Source of the DNA: Burkholderiaceae bacterium
GTDB taxonomy: Bacteria > Pseudomonadota > Gammaproteobacteria > Burkholderiales > Burkholderiaceae_C
Reading direction: 5' to 3'
Assembly (NCBI GenBank): GCA_016790175.1
Contig: JAEUPI010000094.1
Location: 20,967 to 84,966, forward strand
DNA: 64,000 nucleotides
The notes below the pieces were generated by a model, which saw only the letters and a program-made list of their open reading frames with translations, had not been told where the DNA came from and made no database searches. Made by a program: the position numbers and the translations under genes. This document shows, piece after piece, positions 18,377 through 27,408 of this stretch; position 1 is the first letter of the stretch; every line of letters starts with the position of its first letter.

Positions 18377-18796
18377 TCAGGGTATCACTTCGACGGACTC
18401 GTAGACCTCGCAATCGGTGAGCTGCCGCCGCAGCGGCGGCGACAGCCGCGCGAACCAGTCCTGCGGGCGCTGGCGGTCAACCTCGCGGCCGATGAAGCGC
18501 AGCAGCTCGCAGATCGGTTCGACCACATTGGTGCGGTAGCGCAGATCGTTCTTCACGTGGCCGAGGTAGAGGTTCTTCATGCAGTTGCCGCGGCACCAGG
18601 CGTAGGCCTCGCAGCCGTGGCACGGCATCGCGGGCGTCTGCTGCAATGGGCTCGGCTTCAGCCAGTTGCCCTGGACGCTGCCCATCCGCATCGCCGGCAC
18701 GTACATCATGTCGGGGCAGGGGTAGATGCTGCCGTCGGGCATCACGTTGATCATGTGCGACGACACGCGGCACTGCGTGCGGCCGGCGTACAGCAA
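18377..18796 (-). pseudogene. 5'-truncated radical-SAM/SPASM maturase remnant (SPASM domain only)
   Basis: GRTQCRVSSHMINVMPDGSIYPCPD...MPCHGCEAYAWCRGNCMKN is a SPASM Cys pattern, but no CxxxCxxC radical-SAM core. The frame is closed by a stop at ~18863, only a TTG start is available, and luxR begins 170 nt away. Confidence 0.7.
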
Positions 18797-18968
18797 CTGG
18801 GCGCGGCCGGCGGAGTCATTCGGGCTAATACCGACGCGCGGATCGCTCGACCTTGCGGGCGATCAAACCCGGCGGCGTCCGTGGCGCACACCTTGACATC
18901 TCGATGGGGAGGTTGGGCGCGATGTCGATGCTACTCGTCCGCGAGAATGCGCTTGCGCTTCTCATGGC

Positions 18969-20171
18969 ATGCGCCGACGGGCGGCACCCCGCATGACGAA
19001 CACGCGGGCCAACGTCGTCGAGGCGGCGGACACACTGATCGCCGATTTGTACCGGGCGGCGACGGGGGAACTGCCATGGGGCGAACCGCTCGCGGCGCTG
19101 CGAGCGCTGTTCAGCGCGTGGGGTGTGCACCTGCACGCCGTGCGCCTCGCGACCGGCACGGTCGCCTTCAGCTACGAAGTCGGCGGTTTTCCGCCCGAAG
19201 GGGTGCTGGCCTACGTTCGCGAGTATCACCGGATCGATCCGCGCGCCGCGCTGGTGGCGCGCCTGGGCCTCGGCGAATGGATCAGCTGCCACCAGCACTT
19301 CGACGACGCCTTCGTCGCGCGAGATCGTTTCTACCAGGACTTCCTGATCCCCTACGGCGGGCGCTACGTGTCCGCCGCCAAGGTCCACGAAGACGCCGAG
19401 ATCGTGGCCATCCTCGGCATTCACCGTGGGCGCGGCATGCAACCCTTGACCGGCGACGAGGTGGCGCTCGCCGCACGAATGGGCCGACATGTCTCGACGG
19501 CGCTGGGAATGTGGCGGCGCCAGCGTCGACTGCTCGAGGAGCGTCTGCTCGGCAATGCGGCGCTCGATCAACTGCCGCACCCGGTCATGCTGATCGACGA
19601 GCAGCAGCGGCTGCATCACGCGAACGCGGCTGCGCGGCGGCTGCTGCAGGCGAACCGCGCGCTGCGCCTGCACGAGGGCGCCCTGCAGCTCGCCTCGCCG
19701 CCGTGCCATCACGAACTGCTGCTGGCATTGCGCCGACTGCGGATCGGCGGCGGGCAGTCGTACCGCGACGACACGCCGCCCGTCGGGCGCGCGATCGTGC
19801 GCCTGGGTGCGCCCAGGTGCGACCACTTCATGGCGCTCGTGATCAGTCGGCTACGCCCCGACGAGACGATGGGCGCCTTCGGGCAGCGCGATCTCGCCAT
19901 GGTGCTTGTGCACGACCTACGCCGTCGCGCACCGGTCGACCGCTTCGTGGCAGCGTCGATCTTCGGCTTCACGCCGGCCGAAGCCGCGGTGGCGGTGGCG
20001 GTGGCTGAAGGGCGCACGCCCGCCGACATCGCTGCCGAGCACGGCGTGGCCAGATCGACGATCCGCGCGCAGCTCAACTCGGTGTTCGCCAAGATGGGCG
20101 TGAGTCGGCAGGCCGAGGTGGCCGGGGCGCTGGCGTCGCTGCCCTCGGCCGAACGGCCGATGATCGACTGA
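18969..20171 (+). CDS. LuxR/GerE-family transcriptional regulator with an uncharacterised N-terminal sensor region
   Basis: C-terminal HTH FGFTPAEAAVAVAVAEGRTPADIAAEHGVARSTIRAQLNSVFAKMGVSRQAEV. Alternative start at 18993. Confidence 0.8.
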   Translation: MRRRAAPRMTNTRANVVEAADTLIADLYRAATGELPWGEPLAALRALFSAWGVHLHAVRLATGTVAFSYEVGGFPPEGVLAYVREYHRIDPRAALVARLGLGEWISCHQHFDDAFVARDRFYQDFLIPYGGRYVSAAKVHEDAEIVAILGIHRGRGMQPLTGDEVALAARMGRHVSTALGMWRRQRRLLEERLLGNAALDQLPHPVMLIDEQQRLHHANAAARRLLQANRALRLHEGALQLASPPCHHELLLALRRLRIGGGQSYRDDTPPVGRAIVRLGAPRCDHFMALVISRLRPDETMGAFGQRDLAMVLVHDLRRRAPVDRFVAASIFGFTPAEAAVAVAVAEGRTPADIAAEHGVARSTIRAQLNSVFAKMGVSRQAEVAGALASLPSAERPMID

Positions 20172-20387
20172 AGTGGCGGACCGGGGGCCGGCGAGAGCCC
20201 CGTTGACGGTGACCCCGCGTCGGCCGTGAGACCCCCGAGTCGCGGGGGGTGGCATCCATCGTTCGATGAATGCGGCGGATACGCGACGCGGCTTAGCGTT
20301 GCGCCATCTCGACGGCCTTGTCGTTTGCCAAACCTGCGGGCACCGAGGTTTTCGGTCCCCAGCATGAGCATCAACATCGGAGGTTCC

Positions 20388-21314
20388 ATGAAAACTCGCA
20401 TGCCCTTGTTCTTGGCCTGCGCCGCCGGCCTGTTCGGTTCCACGAACTCGGCCGCACAAGTGACGGCCGCACCTTGGGAGTTGGTCACCCAACAAGCGGT
20501 GATCGGCGGCTCTTCGGGTGTGACTGAAGTCTCCCGCTGCAACAACGCGAGTGGCGTGGCAAGTGGTTCGTCATGCAGCGGCTACGTCGACATCGGCACC
20601 TCGACGATACTCAGCGACAGCCTGAGCGGAACCCTGACCACCTCGTCGGGAAACGCAAACCTCGCGACCGGCGAGGTCAAGATCGGCGCCACAGGTCCGA
20701 CCTACAGCGACGCACGCTCTGGGGCCGGTCTGCGCGACAGCATCGCGCTGTCGATCCCAGGGCTCGATGCGGGCGAAACCACGACGATCGGCATTCGGTT
20801 CACCATTGACGGATCGTTCGCCGACGGTGCGCAGCTATCGGGCATTTTCTCCGCGATCTCGGCGTTCGACAGCCTGATCGGAACGCCGATCTGGCGCGGT
20901 ACCTTCCTCGGCGGCAACACCGAGTCCATGTCGTCGACGATCTACTCGATCGACGCGGCGCCCGGATACCAATGGAACAGCGCTTCAGGTGACTGGTCGC
21001 AGACCGGTGCATCGGTCTTCGAGGGCCAGGTCGACATCTGGGGTTCCGACCCGCTGCTCAACATCAACATGTGGCTCACCGGCTCGAACAACTTCGATCT
21101 GCTGTCCACGGCGACGATCGACCTGATCCTCCCGACGGGATCGAGCTTCACCTCGGATTCCGGCGTCTTTCTTTCGGCGCGCGGCGGTGGAGGCGGCGGT
21201 GGCACCGTGCCGACGCCGGGCAGCCTGCCGTTGGTGATCGCTGCGCTGAGCGTCGCCACCCCCCTGCTCGTGCGGATGCGATCACGCAAGATCGCATCTC
21301 ATGTGTACAGCTGA
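20388..21314 (+). CDS. PEP-CTERM-type sorting-signal exported protein
   Basis: RBS ggagg + MKTRMPLFLACAAGLFG signal peptide; C-terminus GGGGGGGTVPTPGSLPLVIAALSVATPLLVRMRSRK (PEP-like motif, TM helix, basic tail). Confidence 0.7.
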   Translation: MKTRMPLFLACAAGLFGSTNSAAQVTAAPWELVTQQAVIGGSSGVTEVSRCNNASGVASGSSCSGYVDIGTSTILSDSLSGTLTTSSGNANLATGEVKIGATGPTYSDARSGAGLRDSIALSIPGLDAGETTTIGIRFTIDGSFADGAQLSGIFSAISAFDSLIGTPIWRGTFLGGNTESMSSTIYSIDAAPGYQWNSASGDWSQTGASVFEGQVDIWGSDPLLNINMWLTGSNNFDLLSTATIDLILPTGSSFTSDSGVFLSARGGGGGGGTVPTPGSLPLVIAALSVATPLLVRMRSRKIASHVYS

Positions 21315-21325
21315 AGGCCGGCGTC

Positions 21326-22321
21326 TTGATCGCGCGCGCAATCGCGTGGCTCTTGCTTGCCTTCGAGCTCGCGGCGTGCGGCGGCGGCGGATCGGCGACC
21401 GCCCCTGCACCGGCATCGGGCACGACGACGTTCTACGTAGCGATCGATGGCAACGACGGCTGGAGCGGCACCACGACCGCGGTAACTGGCAATGATGGCC
21501 CGTTCCGGAGCATCGCCCGCGCCCAGGCTGCCGTGCGAGCTGCGATCGGCGGCGGCATGCGAGAGGACGTCACGGTGTTCATCCGGGCGGGAGCCCACTA
21601 TCTGGGCGACGAGATTCGATTTCGTGCGGAGGACTCGGGGCGAGACGGCTTTCAGGTCATCTATCGCAACTACCCGGGCGAGCAACCGCTCGTTCATCGC
21701 GCGCGACGCTTGACCGGGTGGCAGCCGGACTCGGGTCAGATCTACAAGGCTCGGGTCGACTGGTCGTTCGACATGCTGTTCGAGAACGGCGTTCGCGCCA
21801 TCAACGCCCGGCACCCGAATGCCCCGGCCGGCAGCCGCTTCGCCTACAGCAGGACCTGGGCGACTGTCGCAGGGGCGGAAACGAAACGCTTCGGCTTCAC
21901 GGTCGCCGACATTCCGGCCGTTGCGCAGCCCGGTGCGCTCGCAATCGTGTTGTGGCCGGGAGGGCCTGACGGCGAGTTCAGCTGGAACCAGCAGATCTTC
22001 GTCGGCAACACGGTGGACCATGCGGCTGGAATCGCCACGCTCGGCCGGGAAGCCGGACGCAATGCCACCACCGCGGTCTTGCCGATCGGCGCCAACTCGC
22101 GCTACTTCGTGCAGGGCGCGCGCGAACTGCTCGACCAACCAGGCGAGTACTGGGTCGGGGGCGGCTTTGTCTACTATTGGCCGCGCCAGGCACCGATTGA
22201 GCAACAAGCCATCCTTGCCCCGCGAGCGTCGCAGTTTCCCGGCGTCTTCTCGTGCCGCGGCGCCACAGCGGACCTTCCGGTGCGCGGTATCCGGCTGGAG
22301 GGGCTATTGACGTTCCGGTAA
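21326..22321 (+). pseudogene. Lipoprotein with the N-terminal part of a right-handed beta-helix (pectate-lyase-fold) protein, 3'-truncated at the IS630 junction
   Basis: Lipobox LAFELAAC (start probably TTG 21326); TFYVAIDGNDGWSG...GPFRSIARAQAAV is the typical head of such proteins. The reading frame ends in the TA(A) formed at the IS end, before any helix rungs. Confidence 0.6.
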
Positions 22322-23393
22322 ATGAGTGACGCTCTACAGCGCCAGTTCGGCTTGTTGCCAGAAGGCGGTGATGAGCGCCGGCCGGCGCTGCATCGACTTC
22401 AAGCGCCGGCGCGCGTAGTCGCTGACCCGATCGATGCTGCTGGCGCAGAAGTTGGCGATCTCGTGCTTCTTCAGGTACGCCCAGATCGCCTCGACCGGAT
22501 TGAGTTCGGGTGCATACGGGGGCAACGCCGCCAGTGCGAAGTGCCTGTGCTGCTTCTCGAGCCAGTTGCGCAGCACGCGGCTGCGATGCGTGGCCGCACC
22601 ATCCCAGATGATGAGCAGGCGCTGCTTGATCTGCTGCTTGAGCGCGGCGAGGAACTCGATGACCTGCTCGGACTTGATGGAGCCGTCGAAGAAGCGGAAG
22701 TAGAAGCGCCACCAGCTCAGCCCGGCAATGGCCGACATCTGGTTCCAGCTGAAGCTCTGCTGGATCACCGGCGTGCACCCGCGCTTGGCCCAGGTGCGCG
22801 TGACGGGGCACTTCTCCGACAGACCCGACTCGTCTACGAAGACGATCGTTCGGCGCTCGCGGCGCGCTTTTTCTTGAGCGCAGGCCAGGTCTTGCGCTTC
22901 CACTGGACGAAGGCCTGCTCGTCGCGCTGAGTGGCGCGCTTCTCGGGCATCTGCGGCGAGAAGCCCAGGCTGCGCAACAGCTCCCAGCAGCCGGTCTGGC
23001 TGTACTCGAGACTGAACTCGCGCTTGATGACAGCACGCACGCGCTTGACGGTCCACAGCTCGGTGGCGAAGCCCGCCTGCAGTGCGCCGGCCACCAGCGC
23101 GCGCGACAGCAGTTCGCACTGCGCAGCATCGAGCCGCTTCGGTCGTCCCAAGGGCCTGCCCTTGAGCTTGCCCACCGCGCCGTTGACCTCGGCAAGCTGT
23201 CGCGCCCACACGCTGACCGCCACGCCCAGCTCGCGCGCCACCTCGGCCTGCGGCACCTTGCGCTTGAGCATGCGCGCACCTGCAATGCGGCGCGCTGCGA
23301 TGGCTTCCATGTCCCGCTTCGTGCTCACTCGTGGTCTCCGGCATCAACGATACCGGCGCAGCGTTCGAGGTGCACGGGCGGTTGTCAACCATT
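22321..23393 (-). mobile_element. IS630-family insertion sequence (~1.07 kb)
   Basis: Flanked by TA at 22319-22320 and 23394-23395. Imperfect terminal inverted repeats AATGAGTGAC / AATGGTTGAC (8 of 10). Carries a two-frame DDE transposase. Confidence 0.85.
22334..23328 (-). CDS. IS630-family transposase, two overlapping frames (orfA 23328-22834, orfB to 22334) joined by a probable -1 frameshift
   Basis: N-terminal HTH part (...VPQAEVARELGVAVSVW...) and DDE part (TIVFVDESG...LIIWDGAATHRS...LPPYAPELNPVE). The frames overlap at AAGAAAAAG (plus strand 22867-22875). Confidence 0.85.
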
Positions 23394-23581
23394 TAGTGGT
23401 TCCTCAATAGCGCCGCGCCGGCTTCAGGCATCAGGCCGAGCACGCCGCCGCCGCCGGGCAGGGCGAATGCGGTCATGCCCGGCACGTTCAGCCGCGGCGC
23501 CCGGACCAGCGCCGCTTCGTAGAACGCGGTGCCGTGCGCCTGGTCGGCGACGCAGAGGATGAAGTGGGAGGCCAAGCGCAT
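23393..23581 (-). pseudogene. VOC/glyoxalase-family gene, N-terminal half only, 3'-truncated at the IS630 junction
   Basis: MRLASHFILCVADQAHGTAFYEAAL...FALPGGGGVLGLMPEAG is the first beta-alpha-beta-beta-beta module. The stop codon is created at the IS end. Confidence 0.6.
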
Positions 23582-23661
23582 GCAGCGATGCTCGCATGCG
23601 ACGCAAGCGCTTGTGTCGCGTCAAAATCCTGCCGGCCGTGAACGGGCCCACTGTGGGCTTG

Positions 23662-24111
23662 ATGAACATGAAGCACGCGCAAGCGCCGAACGAGCAGCCC
23701 GCGCCAAGCGAGCTGCCGCTGGTCTATGCCTGCTCGGGCTGCTCCAGCGCGGCGCAGCTCGCCAATCACCTGGCGGTGCGCCTGGACCGCGAAGGCGTGG
23801 CCGAGATGTCGTGCATAGCCGGCGTCGGCGGCAACGTGCGCAGCCTGGTGCGCAAGGCGCAGGCGGCGGCGGCAGCGGGGCGCCGCATCGTCGCCATCGA
23901 CGGCTGCGCACTGGCCTGCTGCGCCTGTGCACTGGCCTTGCGCGGCGTGACGGCCGACTGGCATCTGCAGCTCGCGCAGCACGGCGTGCGCAAGCGCTAC
24001 CGCACCGATTTCGATCCGAGCGAGGCGGCGCGCCTGCTGGCCGAGTTGCGCGACGCGCTTCCGAGTGCGGCATATCTGACGATGAGCGGCAGCACCCGGG
24101 CGCGTCGATGA
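23662..24111 (+). CDS. DGC-domain putative zinc-binding protein
   Basis: LVYACSGCSSAAQLAN...CIAGVGG...IVAIDGCALAC pattern. Confidence 0.7.
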   Translation: MNMKHAQAPNEQPAPSELPLVYACSGCSSAAQLANHLAVRLDREGVAEMSCIAGVGGNVRSLVRKAQAAAAAGRRIVAIDGCALACCACALALRGVTADWHLQLAQHGVRKRYRTDFDPSEAARLLAELRDALPSAAYLTMSGSTRARR

Positions 24112-26336
24112 CGCTCCCGGACCAGTTCGGCAAGTACGAGATCCGCCGCGTCATCGGCCGCGGTGCGATGGGTGTCGTCTACGAGGGTTTCGACCCGGTG
24201 ATCCGGCGCGCGGTCGCGATCAAGGCCGTTCGGCTCGATTCGAGCAGCGCCGAACTGGTGGCCGAGACGCTGGCGCGCGCGCGGCGCGAGGCGCAGGCGG
24301 CCGGGCGGCTCAACCATGTCGGCATCGTCGCCGTCTACGACTACGGCGAGGAGGTCGGCGAGCAGGGCGAACGCCGGCCCTTCATCGCGATGGAGCTGGT
24401 CGACGGGCGCGACCTGAGGTCGCTGCTCGAATCGGGCCACCGCTTCGACCCCGCGCAGGCCGCCGCGCTGATGACGGCCGTCCTGGCGGCACTGCAGCAC
24501 GCGCACGAACGCGGTGTCGTACACCGTGACATCAAGCCCGGCAACCTGCTGCTGCTCGGCGATGGCAGCGTCAAGATCACCGACTTCGGCGTCGCCCACC
24601 TCGAAGGCTCGGACCTGACGATGACCGGCGCGATGATCGGCACGCCGCAGTACATGGCGCCCGAACAACTGCTCGGCCAGACCATCGACGGCCGCGCCGA
24701 CCTGTTCGCCTGCGGCGCCATCCTCTACGAGCTGCTCGCCGGCCGCAAGGCGTTCAGCGGCAGCTACGCCAGCGTGGTCCAGAAGCTGCTCAACGAAGAC
24801 CCCGAGCCGCCTTCGCGGATCATGCCCGGGCTGGCGCCCGGCTGGGATTCGGTGTTGCGGCGCGCGCTCGCCAAGGACCGGGCCGAACGCTTCCAGAGCG
24901 CGGCCGAGTTCGCGGCTGCGATCCGGCAAGTGCCGCTGCCCACCACAGCCTTGCCCGACGACGACGCGACGGTGATTCTGCCGCGGCGGCACGCCGGGCC
25001 CACCGACCCGCGCACCGCGAAGACGTTGCCGGCCGCGCTGGCGGCGACGGTGCCGCCGGTGTCACTGGCGCATCCGGGCAAACCGCGCCGCTGGCCCGGG
25101 CTCGCCGCCGGGCTGGCCGTGGCCGCCGTTGTCGCGGCCGGCGGCTACGCCCTCTGGCCGCGTGAGCGGGCCGGACCGCCCGTGGTGACCAAGCCGCTGG
25201 GCGATCCGGCCCATGCCGAGCCGCAAACACCGCCACCGGTTGCGGCGCCGCCCGCGCCGGTCGCGGAGTCCATCGCGCCGCCGCCGCCACACCCCCCGAC
25301 TCCGCTCGACGAATGGCAGCGTCGCTGGGCCGAGCTCGACCCGCCGGGCGCCGCGAACGGCCTTGCCGACGGCCTGACGCTGCTGCTCGACCTGCGCGCA
25401 GCGAAGGACAAGGCGCTGGTGGCCGAGTTCGAACAGCTCTCGCGGCCGGCCGGCAACCCGGGCGCATTGGCGTTCGGCACCGCCGACGGCCGCGTCCGTT
25501 GGGCCTGGAGCTTGGCCACTGGCGGCGATGCGACCGCCGAGCGCAGCGCCTGCGCGAAGCTCGCGCTCGCACCATGCAGCGTCGTGATGAGCGACGGGCG
25601 TTTCCAGCCACCGGCCTTCCGGAAGTGGTCGCGGTCGCTCGGCAGCCGCAGCGTCGCCGAGGTCCGGGCTGCGCTGCTGCGCGCGCTGAACGCCGAACTG
25701 CCGGCGATGCGAACACGCTTGGCCGAAGCGAAGGCCCCGGCCCCGCCACCACCCGCCGCGCCGCCGGTGGCGACGCCGGTGCCCGCAACGCCGGTGCCGG
25801 AGGCGCCACGCGCGGCGTCGACACCGCCGGCGGCAGCGCCTGCACCGCCGGCATCACGCGCCGCGGCGACACCGCCGCCGGCATCGCGTGCCGCGCCATC
25901 GCCACCGTCAGCGCCACCGCGCTGGACCGACGAGCCGGTGCAGGCGCTGCGCGGCGAGTTCAGCCCGCAGACGTTGCGCGGCGCGCTCGCCGTGCTGCTC
26001 GACGCCCGCAGCGCCGACGACCTGGACACGCTCGAACACTTCGAGACCGCGATGAAGCGGCTGCCCTACCACAGCGCGCTCGCATTCGGCGAGCGCGGCG
26101 GGCAGATCTTTTATGCCTATGTTCGCCAGCGCAGGAGTGTCGACTGGGCCGGCGAGGAGGCGCTCGACCTCTGCCGCAACGTCACCGGCAGCTACTGCAA
26201 CCTGGTGATGGCCAGCGGCAGTTTTCGGGCCGACTCCTTCGTGTCGTTCGCCAACCGGCTCGGCCAGGCACCGCAGGGCAGCGTCCGCCAGGCCCTGCTC
26301 GGCACTATGCGCAGAAACCTCGAGCGCGGCATCTGA
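24108..26336 (+). CDS. Membrane Ser/Thr protein kinase with two tandem Cys-containing extracytoplasmic repeats
   Basis: ATGA overlap with the DGC gene. Hanks kinase motifs GRGAMGVVY, AIK, HRDIKPGN, DFG, APE; Pro-rich linker; TM WPGLAAGLAVAAVVAAGGYALW. Two ~130-aa repeats follow (ALAFGTADGRVRWAWS...CAKLALAPCSVVM and ALAFGERGGQIFYAYV...CRNVTGSYCNLVM), DUF4189-like by pattern. Confidence 0.85.
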   Translation: MTLPDQFGKYEIRRVIGRGAMGVVYEGFDPVIRRAVAIKAVRLDSSSAELVAETLARARREAQAAGRLNHVGIVAVYDYGEEVGEQGERRPFIAMELVDGRDLRSLLESGHRFDPAQAAALMTAVLAALQHAHERGVVHRDIKPGNLLLLGDGSVKITDFGVAHLEGSDLTMTGAMIGTPQYMAPEQLLGQTIDGRADLFACGAILYELLAGRKAFSGSYASVVQKLLNEDPEPPSRIMPGLAPGWDSVLRRALAKDRAERFQSAAEFAAAIRQVPLPTTALPDDDATVILPRRHAGPTDPRTAKTLPAALAATVPPVSLAHPGKPRRWPGLAAGLAVAAVVAAGGYALWPRERAGPPVVTKPLGDPAHAEPQTPPPVAAPPAPVAESIAPPPPHPPTPLDEWQRRWAELDPPGAANGLADGLTLLLDLRAAKDKALVAEFEQLSRPAGNPGALAFGTADGRVRWAWSLATGGDATAERSACAKLALAPCSVVMSDGRFQPPAFRKWSRSLGSRSVAEVRAALLRALNAELPAMRTRLAEAKAPAPPPPAAPPVATPVPATPVPEAPRAASTPPAAAPAPPASRAAATPPPASRAAPSPPSAPPRWTDEPVQALRGEFSPQTLRGALAVLLDARSADDLDTLEHFETAMKRLPYHSALAFGERGGQIFYAYVRQRRSVDWAGEEALDLCRNVTGSYCNLVMASGSFRADSFVSFANRLGQAPQGSVRQALLGTMRRNLERGI

Positions 26337-26601
26337 CTCCATCCTGGAACGGCGGCCGCCGCGCCCGCCGGCGCCGCATCAGGTGCCGCCGCCGCAGCAC
26401 GAACCCGATCATCAGTCGGCTTTGCATCCAGGTCAGGCGGACGACGGCCTCGGTGCCGAAGTCGAAGCGGCGCATCCAGCGCTGGCAGCGCATCAGCGCG
26501 TCCAGCGGTGCGATCGGGTAGACGCGAAAGCCGCAGAGCGAATCGCCGACGCCGGCGAACGGCGTCTCGAGGTTGGTCCAGGTGTTGCCGACCGGCGGCC
26601 G
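26305..26601 (-). pseudogene. Remnant of a family-2 glycosyltransferase gene (C-terminal piece)
   Basis: The open frame reads ...PFAGVGDSLCGFRVYPIAPLDALMRCQRWMRRFDFGTEAVVRLTW..., resembling the GT2 D-x-x-CGFR-x-YP / FDF-x-TE region. No N-terminal half; it abuts the IS91 remnant at ~26601. Confidence 0.4.
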
Positions 26602-26872
26602 TCACGTATCGCATCGCTTTCGGGCCCCGCGCCGGGCAGAAGCTGCCGACCCTGAGAGGCGCGATGCCGTGCGAGGACTGGGCTCGCCGGCCGCTGTGTG
26701 CCGACATCGACGGCAACAGAGCAGCACGCTGCTGTGCGGGCCGAAGCTCACGATCGCCGGCGACTGGAGGAACTGTGCCGCTACATCACGCGGCCGGCAC
26801 TGTCGGACGAACGGGTGCAAGTCCACTCCGCGGGACAGGTGAAGTTGAAGCTCAGGATGCCCTGGTGCGACG
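26601..26872 (+). pseudogene. Degraded IS91/ISCR-family transposase fragment (frameshifted, both ends missing)
   Basis: VTYRIAFGPRAGQKLPTL...ADIDG in one frame, then HAAVRAEAHDRRRLEELCRYITRPALSDERVQVHSAGQVKLKLR.PW in another. This matches the conserved C-terminal block of IS91-type transposases as I remember it. Confidence 0.6.
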
Positions 26873-26891
26873 TCTCCCGCTCAGCGGGAGA
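26873..26891. repeat. REP-like hairpin TCTCCCGC-TCA-GCGGGAGA
   Basis: 8-bp perfect stem directly at the end of the IS91 remnant; same style as the hairpin at 49697-49717. Confidence 0.5.
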
Positions 26892-26991
26892 GGGAACGAA
26901 GCGTTCTCGCGGTCGATCACCCTTGGTTGTTCGGGGCCGCGCGCCGAACTCTTGCGGCTGATCAATCAGCGTCTGCCGCGGCTTCCTACTA

Positions 26992-27014
26992 TAGATGTAT
27001 CTGAAATGCATCTT
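26992..27014 (+). promoter_or_regulatory. NsrR operator (11-1-11 inverted repeat)
   Basis: TAGATGTATCT-G-AAATGCATCTT fits the AAGATGCATTT-N-AAATGCATCTT NsrR consensus. It lies 20 nt upstream of the DUF2249 ATG in an AT-rich patch, and nsrR is the next gene but one. Confidence 0.8.
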
Positions 27015-27034
27015 ATAGTCAAAGGACGCTGCCC

Positions 27035-27361
27035 ATGACCGCTGCCACTGCCCCCGCCGCCACAGCCCTCGCCGCGATTGCCACCACCGTCGACGTGCGC
27101 GAACTCGCCCCGCGCGAGCGCCACCCGTTGATCCTCTCGACCTTCCAGCGCCTGGCGCGCGGGCAGGCGATGGAGCTGGTCAACGACCACGACCCGAAAC
27201 CGCTCTATTACCAGTTCCAGGCCGAGATGCCGGGCGACTTCGACTGGCGCTATCTCGAAGCCGGACCCGACGTCTGGCGCGTCGCGATCACGCGCACCGG
27301 CAATGCCGGCGCTTCGCGCGCGGTCGGCGGTTGCTGCGGCGGCGGTTGCTCGGGCACCTGA
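27035..27361 (+). CDS. DUF2249-domain protein (NO-stress regulon member)
   Basis: VDVRELAPRERHPLILSTFQRLARGQAMELVNDHDPKPLYYQFQAE..DFDWRYLEAGPDVWRVAITR; Cys/Gly-rich tail. Confidence 0.8.
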   Translation: MTAATAPAATALAAIATTVDVRELAPRERHPLILSTFQRLARGQAMELVNDHDPKPLYYQFQAEMPGDFDWRYLEAGPDVWRVAITRTGNAGASRAVGGCCGGGCSGT

Positions 27362-27408
27362 TCCACGCGCGACACGTCGACCCGGCGCGGCGGCGACACT
27401 GATCGGCC

